From the NCBI GenBank assembly GCA_963737655.1, contig CAVTTN010000002.1, positions 4,768,001-4,832,000 of the forward strand: a stretch of 64,000 nucleotides of DNA, read 5' to 3'. Both the position numbers and the translations under genes were made by a program. The notes below the pieces were generated by a model that was not told the origin of the DNA, searched no databases, and saw only the letters and a program-made list of their open reading frames with translations. This DNA is from an uncultured Planctomycetota bacterium (GTDB lineage Bacteria; Planctomycetota; Planctomycetia; Isosphaerales; Isosphaeraceae). Of the stretch, positions 20,395 through 31,021 are shown piece after piece (within the stretch, counting starts at the first letter, position 1; each line of letters opens with the position of its first letter).

Positions 20395-20515
20395 AACGGC
20401 CTGCCTTTAGTTCTCGGGAGAGGTCGAATCGAACCAAGGGCCGAATCCCCGCCGAGGGGCGGATCGGATCGGGGCGGGGCCGGACCATCCATCGTCGCCG
20501 GGGCGAGGCCCGCCA

Positions 20516-23461
20516 TCAAGACGGGTCCGCATGAGGATGCAGCGGGCGCTTCCACGCCGCCTCCAGGGCCGAGAGGGGGAGGTCGATCAGGCTGAGCCCG
20601 GGAGTCTCCCCGGTCGTGGTCGGCCATGGCTCGTCGGCGGAAGTCCGACTCCGTCGGATGGTCAACCGGGGCGACCCGTCGCCAAGGACCCGGCCGATCT
20701 CGCCGAAGGGAAAGGGCTGGAAATCGGGCCGGCCCTCGTCCGTCCAGAGCGCCTGGATCAGCTCCATTTCGTCCGAAGGTCGGACCTCGACGAGGAAGCC
20801 GCCCGGACGCTCGGCGAACAGGCGGGCCGCGTCGTGATCCGAGGGTTCGCCGAAATTCTTGAGGTCCACCTCGAGGCCCAGGCCCCCGGCGATCGCCATC
20901 TCGGCCAGGGCGGCGGCCAACCCGCCTTCGCTCAGGTCGTGGCAACTCCGAATCAGCCCTCGAAGGATGGCGTGATGAACGCCTCGGTACAGCGAACGAA
21001 GGCGGCCGATTTCGGTCGGACGGTCGATCCGACCGCCGTCGCGGCCGGTCACCGAGGCCCAGACCGACCCGGCCAGCGAGCCTCTCGGGTGGCCGATCCG
21101 ATAGATCAGGTTTCCCGGCTCCTTCAGGTCCATCGTCACGCACTTCGAGATGTCGGGCACCCGGCCGATGGCGCTGATGAGCAACGTCGGCGGGATCGCC
21201 AGCTTGCCGGTCTCGCCGTCGTATTCGTTGTACAGGCTATCCTTGCCCGAGATGAACGGCGTCCCGTAGGCGAGCGCCGCGTCGTGACAGCCCTTCGCCG
21301 CCATCACGAGCGAGCCGAGCGTCTCGGGCCTCTCGGGATTGCCCCAGCAGAAATTATCGAGGAGGGCGATCCGGTCCGGGTCGGCGCCGACGGCCACGGC
21401 GTTGCGGATCGCCTCGTCCACGCAGAGGACGGCCATCGCGTAGGGGTCGTGCTCGCCGTAACGGGGGTTGATCCCGCACGAGATCGACAGCCCGACGGTC
21501 GAGCCCCGGACCGGCTGGATCACCGCCGCGTCGCCGGGCCCGCTCTCGTCGTGGCCCACCAGCGGCTTGATGACGGTGCGGCCCTGGACCTCGTGATCGT
21601 ATTGACGGATGATCCATTCCTTGCTCGCCACGTCCCAGTGAGCGAGGACTTTCAGGAGGTCTTCGCTGTAATCGTGACCCGGCGGCGGCAGGTCGATCGG
21701 CCTCGGCTCGGGCTTCGTGAACGTCGCCTTGCGGACGACCTTCGGCCTGCCCTCGTGGAGGAAGTCCATCGCCAGGTCGCCGACGATCCGGCCTTCATAT
21801 TTCAGGACCAATCGGCCGGTGTCGGTGAATTGCCCCAGGTCGGTGGCCTCGACCCATTCGCGGTCGCAAAGCGCCTTCAATTCGGGCCATTTCTCGGGCG
21901 GGACGGCCAAAACCATCCGCTCTTGCGCCTCGGAGATCCAGATCTCGGTATACGACAGGCCCTCATACTTGAGAGGGGCGCGCTCCAGGTCGACCTCCGC
22001 GCCCGACCCGGCCCCCATCTCGCCCACGGCCGAGCTGAACCCGCCGGCCCCGCAGTCCGTGACGGAGCGGAAGAGGCCGCGATCCCGGGCTTGCAGGAGC
22101 ACGTCGAGCGCCTTCTTCTCGACGATCGCGTCGCCGATCTGCACGGCCCCGCCCGAGATCGCCTCGCTCTCTCCAGAGAGGTCCACCGAGCTGAACGTGG
22201 CGCCGTGGATGCCGTCGCGGCCGGTCCGGCCGCCGATGGCGACGATCCGGTCGCCCGGCTCGACCCTCTTGGACGACATCCCCCGGGGGATCACGCCGAC
22301 GGTCCCGCAGAACACCAACGGATTGGCGAGATACCCCGGGGCGACGGCAAGGGCGCCGTTGACCGTCGGGATGCCCATGCGGTTGCCGTAGTCGCGGACC
22401 CCCGCCACCACGCCTTCCAGCACCCGCTTCGGGTGGATCACGCCCGGGGGCAGCGAATCGGCGGGGAAATCGGGCGGGGCGACGCAGAAGACGTCGGTGT
22501 TGGCGATCGGCTTGGCCGCCAGGCCGGTCCCGAGGATGTCGCGGATCACCCCGCCGAGCCCGGTGTTCGACCCGCCGTAGGGGTCGATGGCCGAGGGGTG
22601 GTTGTGGGTCTCGACCTTGAAGCAGACGTCGAAATCGTCGTCGAACCGGACCACCCCGGCGTTGTCCTCGAACACGCTGACGAGCCAGTCGAGATTCAAC
22701 TCCTGGGTGGCCTTGAAGATCGTCGATTTGAGCAGGTTGTCGATGATCTCGCCGTCGAAGTCGATCAGGCCGCGCAGGGTCTTGTGGGAGCAGTGCTCGG
22801 ACCACGTCTGGGCGATCGTCTCGAGCTCGCAGTCGGTGGGGTCTCGGCCGATCGCGGCGAAATGGCCCTGGATCGTCTTCATCTCGGCGAGGCTCAGGGA
22901 GAGCTGGCCTTGCCGGCTGAGCCTCACGAGCTCGTCGTCGGAGAGATCGGAGAGGGGCACTTCGATCCGTTCGAACCGATAGGGCCTCCCCTGCCCCAGG
23001 CTTTCCATCTCCAGGGGGCCGAGGACGGCGTGCTCGACGGCGTCGTTCGCCAGGACCTTGGCGATCAGCCGCGAGAGGCCGTCGGCGGGCCCGTCGAGCC
23101 GATAGGTGCGGATCGTCCGGCACTCGGCGACGGTCAAGCCGAGGTCGCGGAGGCAGTCGCGGGCGCTCTCGGCCTCGGGATCGGTCACCCCGGGCTTGCG
23201 CATCACGTGGACGATCGCCGTCGATCCGTCGTCGGGCCCGCCGGTGGGGAGGACCTCGAACCGCTCGACGACCGGGTCCACCAGGACGAGTTCGGCGGCC
23301 CGGCGGAGGTCGTCGGCCGAGAGCCCGCCCTCGACGAGGAACCCGCGACTCGACGCGATCCGCCAGGGGCCCGGGATGCGGAGCTCGGCGGCCTCGGAGG
23401 CGAGCCGGGGGCCTTCCAGGTCGTGACCTGGAACCGGAGTGATCTGAAGGTGCCAGAGCAT
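20516..23461 (-). CDS. purL: FGAM synthase subunit PurL (long form with N-terminal extension)
   Basis: QTWSEHCSHK, KVETHNHPS, GRDGIHGATF, SEAQERM, HDLSEGG. Confidence 0.96.
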   Translation of the reverse strand: MLWHLQITPVPGHDLEGPRLASEAAELRIPGPWRIASSRGFLVEGGLSADDLRRAAELVLVDPVVERFEVLPTGGPDDGSTAIVHVMRKPGVTDPEAESARDCLRDLGLTVAECRTIRTYRLDGPADGLSRLIAKVLANDAVEHAVLGPLEMESLGQGRPYRFERIEVPLSDLSDDELVRLSRQGQLSLSLAEMKTIQGHFAAIGRDPTDCELETIAQTWSEHCSHKTLRGLIDFDGEIIDNLLKSTIFKATQELNLDWLVSVFEDNAGVVRFDDDFDVCFKVETHNHPSAIDPYGGSNTGLGGVIRDILGTGLAAKPIANTDVFCVAPPDFPADSLPPGVIHPKRVLEGVVAGVRDYGNRMGIPTVNGALAVAPGYLANPLVFCGTVGVIPRGMSSKRVEPGDRIVAIGGRTGRDGIHGATFSSVDLSGESEAISGGAVQIGDAIVEKKALDVLLQARDRGLFRSVTDCGAGGFSSAVGEMGAGSGAEVDLERAPLKYEGLSYTEIWISEAQERMVLAVPPEKWPELKALCDREWVEATDLGQFTDTGRLVLKYEGRIVGDLAMDFLHEGRPKVVRKATFTKPEPRPIDLPPPGHDYSEDLLKVLAHWDVASKEWIIRQYDHEVQGRTVIKPLVGHDESGPGDAAVIQPVRGSTVGLSISCGINPRYGEHDPYAMAVLCVDEAIRNAVAVGADPDRIALLDNFCWGNPERPETLGSLVMAAKGCHDAALAYGTPFISGKDSLYNEYDGETGKLAIPPTLLISAIGRVPDISKCVTMDLKEPGNLIYRIGHPRGSLAGSVWASVTGRDGGRIDRPTEIGRLRSLYRGVHHAILRGLIRSCHDLSEGGLAAALAEMAIAGGLGLEVDLKNFGEPSDHDAARLFAERPGGFLVEVRPSDEMELIQALWTDEGRPDFQPFPFGEIGRVLGDGSPRLTIRRSRTSADEPWPTTTGETPGLSLIDLPLSALEAAWKRPLHPHADPS

Positions 23462-23497
23462 GGGAAGTCCGAAGGGAGCCGTGGGCCGACTTGGAAT

Positions 23498-24007
23498 TCA
23501 GATCATGGCCATCATTTTCGCGGGCGGGAAGCCCATCGCCCGCCTCCAGGCCGAGAGTTGGCCGAGGTGGGTGGCCTCGTGGGTGGTCAGCAAATGGACG
23601 ACGGCATCGCCGATCGTGGGCAGGAGCGGGCGGAAGAGCTCCAGAGGCAAAGGGCGTTCCAGGATCGCGGGGTCCGCGTCGCGGACGGCCTCGGCGCCCT
23701 TCTCGTGGCCGAGGACCAGGGCCGTCCAGAGGACGTCCTTCTCGGGATAGCGAAGCGGGTCGGGGTCGGCCTTCGAGCGGAAGTTGAACGTCTGCGACCA
23801 CGCCTCGTCCAGGCTTTTTTCGCCGCCGAGGAGCGTGACCAGCGAGTCGCAGGCCCAGGCCAGGTGGCCGACGATCCAGGCCGGATGGTTCATCCCCGGG
23901 ACGGGCTGGATGCTGAACGCCCCGGGCGGGACGTCCTCGACCAGTTGGCCGAGGTACTTCAACTGGAAATCGAATCGAGACAGGAGCAAGGGGAACATGG
24001 GTCGCAC
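23498..24007 (-). CDS. DinB family protein
   Basis: NHPAWIVGHL and HEATHLGQL metal-binding histidines. Confidence 0.88.
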   Translation of the reverse strand: MRPMFPLLLSRFDFQLKYLGQLVEDVPPGAFSIQPVPGMNHPAWIVGHLAWACDSLVTLLGGEKSLDEAWSQTFNFRSKADPDPLRYPEKDVLWTALVLGHEKGAEAVRDADPAILERPLPLELFRPLLPTIGDAVVHLLTTHEATHLGQLSAWRRAMGFPPAKMMAMI

Positions 24008-24148
24008 CTCATCTCAAATCAAGATCAAGATGCCGGAGGGCGCAGGAATGGGACCGGGAACCCGGAGGCCGAGGGCCGCCTCTCGCAAGCCTCGCCCCGG
24101 GCCCCGCGGGGCCCTCCGGCGATTCAGGGCGATCGACGAGGGTGCCTT

Positions 24149-25006
24149 TCATCCACCCGGGGGAAACCGGAGGCGGAGGGATCGGGCGTCGTCCCACCAG
24201 AGGGCCAGGGCCCGGGCATCCCCGCGTTCGAGGGCGTCGCGGAACGTCGCGAGACGATCGGAGAACGCGTCGAGGGCGTCCAGGACGGGGCCCCGGTTCT
24301 CCAGGAAGATCTCGGTCCAGAGCGACGGATCGGAGCCGGCCACGCGGGTGCCGTCGCGATAGGCCCCGGCGGCCAGGTCGAGCAGGTCGGCCGGGACCGA
24401 TCCGGCCAGGGCGGCGGCGACGGCGTGGGGCAGGTGGCTCGTGAGCGCCAGGGCGCGGTCGTGGGCGTCCGGGTCCATCTCGACGACCCGGCAGCCCAGG
24501 CCCGACCAGAACGCCCGGGCCCGTTCGAGCCGGCCCGGGGGCGAGCGGTCGGTCGGCGTGAGGACGCAGACGCGGCCGTCGAACAGGTCGGCCGAGGCGT
24601 GGCGGAAGCCCTTCTGTTCGGACCCGGCGATCGGGTGGGCGGCGAGGAACTTCGACCGGGCGACCGGATCGGACTCGACGGCCGAGACGATCCGGCCCTT
24701 GGCGCTGCCGGCGTCGGTGATCAGGCAGCGATCGGGCGAGGCGGCGGCGGCGGCCCGGCAATCCTCGGCGATCCGGGCCGGAGGCGTGCAGACGACGACC
24801 ACGTCGGCCGATTCGAGGGCCGAGGCCGGGTCGGTCGAGGGCTCGTCGAGGATGCCCTGCCTCGTGGCCTCGACGAGGCGGGCGAAATCCCGGCCCACGC
24901 CGACGACCCGCCCGGCCAGCCCCCGGGAGCGGATCGCCAGCCCGATCGAGCCGCCGATCAGGCCGACCCCCACGATGGCGACCGTCCCCAGGCGCTCCAA
25001 CGGCAC
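24149..25006 (-). CDS. tyrA: Prephenate/arogenate dehydrogenase
   Basis: GVGLIGGS, TDAGSAK, HPIAGSE, HD...SHLPH, RDGTRVA. Confidence 0.92.
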   Translation of the reverse strand: MPLERLGTVAIVGVGLIGGSIGLAIRSRGLAGRVVGVGRDFARLVEATRQGILDEPSTDPASALESADVVVVCTPPARIAEDCRAAAAASPDRCLITDAGSAKGRIVSAVESDPVARSKFLAAHPIAGSEQKGFRHASADLFDGRVCVLTPTDRSPPGRLERARAFWSGLGCRVVEMDPDAHDRALALTSHLPHAVAAALAGSVPADLLDLAAGAYRDGTRVAGSDPSLWTEIFLENRGPVLDALDAFSDRLATFRDALERGDARALALWWDDARSLRLRFPPGG

Positions 25007-25081
25007 ACCCCTCGCGCTCTCGGAAATCGATGCAATGAGGCCGGAGATTGTAGCAAACTCCCGAGCACGGCGGAACGCGTC

Positions 25082-25225
25082 GGGTGCATGAAATGCACCA
25101 CCGACGCGGCGGCTGACGGCCGCCCTCCATTCCGAGCATGTCGAAGGGTAGCAACGAACGGGCCGAGGAGCCGAGAAGAAAGGTTGCGGGCTCCGCCCTC
25201 GCAGGCTGGTGCATTTCATGCACCC
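25082..25225. repeat. REP-like inverted pair, family E
   Basis: Perfect 19-bp inverted repeat GGGTGCATGAAATGCACCA at 25082-25100 and 25207-25225. Confidence 0.8.
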
Positions 25226-25238
25226 TGCGGGATGGTGC

Positions 25239-25697
25239 TCATGGACTGGCCGTGACGATCGTCTTCAGGGCGTTCAGGCGGTCGCGGAGGGCCTTGGGCG
25301 CGCTGGCGAGGTCCACCGTGGCGAGGTCGGCGTGGGCGGCTTCGGGCCTTCCGGCCAGGAGGGCGCACTCGGCTCGGTTGGCCCGGGCGAACGGGTCGTC
25401 GGGCGTCTCGGCCAGGACCTGATCGTAGAGGGCGACCGCGCCGTCGAGGTCTCCGGCGAGCTGGCGGCAGGCGCCGAGGCCGAGGGCCGCGTCGGTCGAG
25501 CCCGGCCAGAGCGATTGGATCAGGCGATAGATCCGCTCGGCCTCGTCGGCCCGGCCGGCGTCGAGCCGGAGCCGGGCCCCGTGGAGGAGGTCGGATTTCG
25601 CCTGGCGATCCAGGCGGAGGAGGTCGGCCGGCGAGGCGAGGCCGGCGAGCCACTTCGCCAGCCTCCTCGGGCCGACCCGCTTCAGGACCCGGCTCAT
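25239..25697 (-). CDS. Small TPR protein resembling SycD/LcrH-type chaperones
   Basis: 152 aa with three TPR-like units, including LGLGACRQ and RAEC; ATGA overlap with the kinase stop. Confidence 0.7.
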   Translation of the reverse strand: MSRVLKRVGPRRLAKWLAGLASPADLLRLDRQAKSDLLHGARLRLDAGRADEAERIYRLIQSLWPGSTDAALGLGACRQLAGDLDGAVALYDQVLAETPDDPFARANRAECALLAGRPEAAHADLATVDLASAPKALRDRLNALKTIVTASP

Positions 25698-26976
25698 GAG
25701 GGGTCGTCCAGGAAGGGGTGGAGGGCCTGGGCCATCGCCTCGGCCGTCTTCCAGCGGTCTCTCGGCTGCTTCTCCAGGCTCTTGCGGAGGACCTTCTCGA
25801 GCCCCTCGGGCGTATCCGGGCGACGGACCCTCAGGGGCACCGGCGGGTGCTCCAGGATCATGGCGTAGGCCGAGGCGCGGTTGGGGTCGAAGTCGAGGAA
25901 CGGGTAGTGGCCCGTCAGGAGGTAGTACAGCGTGGCGCCGGCGCTGTAGATGTCGCCCGGCTCGCGGACCTCCCGGAAGTCGCGGATGTGATCGGGCGAG
26001 ATGAAGCCGCTGGAGCCGCCGATGTCCCCCTGGTGGGTCAGGCCGGAGAACCCGGCGTCGTCGCGGAAGCTCTTGGCCAGGCCGAAGTCCGAGAGCTTGA
26101 TGTCGGGCCTCTCCGGGGGTCCGGTCACCAGCAAGTTCGAGGGCTTGATGTCGCGATGGACGAACCCCTTGCCGTGGGCGTGGGCCAGGGCCGAGAGGAG
26201 CTGGACGCCGATCCTCGCCGCCACGCCCACCGGCAGCTTCTCGGAGTGGCGGGCCATCCATTCGCGGGCGTTCGGGCCGTCCACGTATTCCATGATGAGC
26301 TGGAACTGGGCGTCGTCGTCCACCATGTCGTAGAACTCGACGATGTTCGGGTGCTTGAGGCGGCGGAGGACGTCCATCTCCCGGCGGAAGTAGAGCCGGG
26401 CCCGGTCGCCGGCGGCCGAGGTGGGGATCAGCATCTTGATGGCGACGGCGCGGTCGTGGACGAGGTCCCGGGCGCGGTAGACCTCGCCCATGCCCCCCCC
26501 GCCGAGCCTCTGCTCGATCCAGAAGCCCTCGGGGCCCTCGGGTATTGCTTGCGGTGTTCGCGGCAGGCGTCGCAGTACCAGGCGATGTTCTGCTCGCCCG
26601 GGACGACGGCGATGGAGAGGTCCGGCGGGGGCAGGGCCCCGCAGACCCGGCACTTGATCCCCGGCATGTCGGCCGAGGTGTCATTGACCACGATCAGGAA
26701 TCGGCTCTTGCCCGCCTCGACCACGTCGCCGTCGCGCAACAGCGCCTGATCGACCTTCTGCCCGTTGAGCTTCGTCCCGTTGGTGCTGCCCATGTCCTTG
26801 AGGAAGCACTGGGGCGGGTTGAATTCGACGAGGAAGTGGTCCCGGGACAGGAACCGGTCGTCGGGCACCGGGAACTGGACCTGCGACGACCGGCCGACGA
26901 CGAACGTATCGTGACGGTCGAAGCAGTACTCCGTCCCGGTGTGAGGGCCCGCGACCACTCGCAAGACGACATTCAC
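25694..26976 (-). CDS. FHA + Zn-ribbon + Ser/Thr protein kinase, apparent frameshift near 26533
   Basis: FHA (VGRS, LSRDH, STNGT); CRVC...CDAC; kinase GGGGMGEVY, AIK, HRDIKPSN, DFG. One extra C in a C4 run fuses the two ORFs. Confidence 0.88.
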
Positions 26977-27102
26977 ATCAAGGCTCTCCGGGCCGAGGAT
27001 CGGCCCTTTCAACATAGCACGACCTCTCGGCCCGGGGAAGCCGTAGGCCTTCCAAGGCCGTTCCCTCCTCCGGAGGAGGGGTCTTCCGAGGCGTCGCGAC
27101 GG

Positions 27103-30100
27103 CTAGCGACCGCCGACGGCCCCGGGCCTGGGCGCCCTGGGGTCGAGGAACGGGAACCGGCCGGAGAGGGTCTCCGGGAGGTAGCAGCCGGCCCGCTGCT
27201 TCCGGCCGGTCATCTCCAGGACGTTCTCCTTGATCAGCGCGTCCACCTCGTTCAGCGACAACGGCGCCCCGGGCTTGGTCCGGGGACGGCCCGAGGGGAC
27301 GATCGCCGACTGGATCGCCAGGGCGAACGCCCGGCCGTCCTTCACCGAGAACTCGTCGCTCGGGCCCTGGTCCGAGGCCACGAAGGTGATCACCCCTTGC
27401 TCGTCGCGGAGGAACCGGACGAACTCGTTGACGTCCGGCTCGCCGAGGGTCGGCGTCGATTTGTCGGCCCCGTCCAGGAACACGACGACCCGGCACTTAT
27501 ACTTGGCGATCCGCCCGAGGACCTCGGCCAGGGCGTCGGCGTCGAGGCCGTCGGCGGGCAGGGCGGCCCTGGGGGTGTCGGCCCCGAAGAGGACCCGGCC
27601 CTTGCCCGAGCGGATCAGGTGGGTCTCGATCGCCACGAGGACCAGGTCGCCGTTCTTCAGGGGCTCCTTCTCCAGGGCCTGGAACCGGGCCATCACGTCG
27701 CGGGACTTCGCCGCGGCCTTGTTCAGGATCGTCGCCTCGGGACGGGCGGGCGGGAGGCCGTCGTCGGGCGCCACGACGTGGCGGGCCAGGAACGCGGCGA
27801 GCTTCGAGGCGTCGCTGTCGGCGAACGGGAAGCCCGGGACGCCCCGGGCCTCGAACCTCGGGCCGACGGCCACGACGACCAGCCTCGGCCGTTGGGCCGG
27901 GGCGGCCGGAGCGGCCTCGACCTGGGCCGTCGAGGTCCGGGTCAGGCCGTCCTCGGTGCGGATCACCCCCGAGACCACGTGGGGGCCGGGCGGGACGATC
28001 ATCCTCAGGGGGGCGCGGCCTGGGGATCCCTCGGGTCATACGTCTTGAGGATCTGGCCGTCGATCAGGATCGACACCGATTGGACCGCGGGCGAGCCGGC
28101 GGGGCCCTCGGTCCGGACCGCCACGTCCAGGGGCGAACCGGCGGCCAGCCGGATCGTCCCCGCGGGCAGGGGGGCGCCAGTGTCGACCGGCTGGGCGGCG
28201 CCGACGTTCTCGGCCACCGGCGCCGGGGCGGCGGGCAGGCCCGGCGGCGGGGGCGCCCGGAACAGGACCGGCCGGGGCGGGGCGATCCGGGCGATCAGCT
28301 CCTGGGGCTCGGGCAAGACCGCCGGCCTCGCCCCCAGCGCCAGGGCCACGTCCCCGGTGCGGATCAGGGTGTTCAGGACGTTCCCCGGCACGTCCTTCTT
28401 CTGCCGGAGCTGCGCCTCGAACGTGCGGATCGGCAGGATGTCCGTCGGCTTCGGATTGTTCAGGCCGGCCCGGTTGAGGTGCCAGGCGAGATAGGCGTCG
28501 CCGTCGATCGAGGTATCGTAGAACCCCTTGGGCATCCAGAGGACCCATTCGCGGCCCTCGTCGAAGGCGAACAGGGAGAGCGCCGGCGAGTCCCTCCGGC
28601 TGGTGCCGACGGGCACGGCCGGGTCGTCGATCGTCCAGCCGAAGGGGAGCTTGATCGTCCTCGAGACGATCAGCTCGACCCGGGTATCGGGCGGGAGCGT
28701 GTCGTGCTTGGGGACGCCATCGACGGGGGCGAAGAACGCCTCCTCGGTGACGACGTCGCGGCCGAGCCCGTACTTGCGGACGACGTCGCCGATCTCCAGG
28801 CCCATGCCTTCGGCCGGGCTCCTCGCCTCGATCCTCGTGACCTTCTTCGCGCCGAGGGGGCCCTCGAAGGTGGCGCCGAGCTTCGGCAGGGTGTCCGCCC
28901 CGGCGAGCGTCCAGAGCCGGACGGTTTGATCGGACGAGCCGGAGGCGAGCCACTTGCCGTCGGGCGACGGCGCGACGGCCAGGACCGGCCCGGAGTGGCC
29001 GGCGAGGAACCGGGTCCGGGCCCCGGTGTCGATCCGGTGGATCGAGATCCCGGCCTCGCACGCCACGGCGAGCAAGGGGAGGTCGTGCCCCGGTTTGGGC
29101 GGCAGGAACGTCCAGGCCCACCACCGGCGGTTCAAAAGGCGGTCCAGGGCGATGCGGACCCCTCGGTTCTGGGGATCGACCACATCGAGGGTGTATTGAT
29201 CGACGGGCCGGACGGTGAAGCCGTTGAAGGCGAGGACCGGCCCGCTGACGGCCGCCCTCGGCAGGGTGTCCAGGAGCCGGGCCGTCAGGTCGAAGGTCTC
29301 GAACGAGGCGGCCGGGGGGCCGAGCGTGCGGTTGACCCGGGCGAAGGCCACCTTGGCGCCATCGGCCGAGAAGCCGACCTCCCAGATCGTCCGCCCCTTG
29401 CCCTTGCGCTCCCGGGCGGAGGCGGCCGGGGCGGCGTCCCGGAGGTCCACCCGCCAGATCCCCTGCGCGTCGCCTCCGCCGAGGAACAGCACGTCTCCCT
29501 CCGGGGCGAAGGCCAGGGCCCGGACGAGGTTGGGGATCGGGTTGGGGACCGGATTGGTCGAGGAGAACAGCTTCCGGACCACCTCGCCGCCGGGCAGGGC
29601 GCGGATCTCGACGTCGCATGCCGTCTTCGGCACCTCCCGGGCGAACTGGCCGCCCGGGGCCACGCGATAGGCGAGGCTGCTGACGGCCAGTCGCCCCCGG
29701 GCGTCGAAGGCCAGGGCCTCGACGGCCGCCTGCTGGGCGCCGATCGTCATGGGAGACTCGCTGGCGGCCAGGTCCGGGGCGTTCAGCGAGAACCGGCTCA
29801 GCAGGCCGTCCTCCCGGCCGATCACGACGAACTTGCCGTCGGGGCTGATGGCCAGCGCGTTGATGGCCGAGCCGCCGTCCTCCCGGCGGATCTTCGGCGG
29901 GGCGATGGCGGACGGGCCCTTGGGGTTCGGCCTCGCCAGCCCGGCGGGGGTCACGTCCCAGAGCCGGAGGATTCCATCTTCGCCGCCGGTGGCCAGGATT
30001 CGGCCGTCGGGCGAGAACGCCAGGGCGTTCACGGCCGGTCCGCCCTCGGTCCCGAAGACGGCCAGGGACTTCCGGGCCTCCACGTCCCAGAGCCGGGCCG

Positions 30101-30674
30101 TGCCGTCGGCGCTGGCGGTGGCCAGGAGCTTGCCGGAGGGGTCGAAGCTCATGGCGAACACGGCGTTGGTGTGGCCGGTGGTCGGCCCCGCGCCCCGCTC
30201 TCCCGAGGAGAGGATGCCGAACAGGTCGCCGGTCTTCGCCTCGCCCAGCCCGGGGTAACGGAACAGGAGGATCTGGCCATTGCGGCTGTCGATCCCGAAC
30301 CCGCCGACGGCGAGGACGCGCTGGCCGTGCTTGTCCGGGGCGCCCAGGGCCATCGCCTGGACGGCCCCCCTCAGCCCTCGGAAGATCGGCGGCTTCAGGC
30401 TCCTCTCGGGCCCGCGGTCGGCGGCGAAGTCCCAGAGGTAGATGGTCTTGTCCAGCCCGGCCGAGAGGACCTTCTCGCCCCCGGGCAGGGGCAGCAAGGC
30501 CCGGACCTGCGAGGAATGGCCGCCGGTGTCCAGGACGAGGATGGGGTCGGTGTAGTTGCGGACCTGGTCCTGCGCCCGGATCGGGGCCGTCCCCAGGGTC
30601 AGGGCCGCCGAGGCCAGGGCCCACGATCGGAGGGCCGCGGCCGCGCGGCGGGGGGGTCGAGTCGGGGTCTGCAT
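27103..30674 (-). CDS. Exported WD40-repeat + PDZ-like + caspase-like domain protein, apparent frameshift near 28010
   Basis: Signal peptide; GH...WD repeats; PDZ-like SPAEGMGLEIGD; EWVLWMPKGFY; C-terminal C14-like fold. The frame break is in a G run. Confidence 0.78.
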
Positions 30675-31021
30675 CGTCGCCTCTGCGCCTTCGGAGGACC
30701 GGGCCTCGCGACCGGGACGGCCCGGCGACCGAGGACCGGACACCATTCGCCTGCACCAGCTTACGGCCCGACCGCCGGTCCGGGACGCCCGCCGCTTCGG
30801 AATCGCCACGGGGCCCCGGGATTCTCGCGATTCCGGAGAATCGGATCAAACCAAAAAGTCGGCGTGGTCGATAATCCCCTCAGAATCGGACCGACCGGAG
30901 CGATCCGGGCGGGGGCGAGGCCGTCGATGACGATCGTGCCCGAACCCTTCGAATCCGAACCGTACCGGGACCGCCGAAACCCCCGGGGGCGAGTGCCCCG
31001 ACTATTCAGGAGTCCGGCCCG

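Noticed and set aside
20531..25255. Very long antisense or alternative-frame ORFs (e.g. 1574 aa; also 35901-39251, 28080-31025)
   Set aside because: Shadow ORFs of real genes in high-GC DNA with no recognisable motifs.
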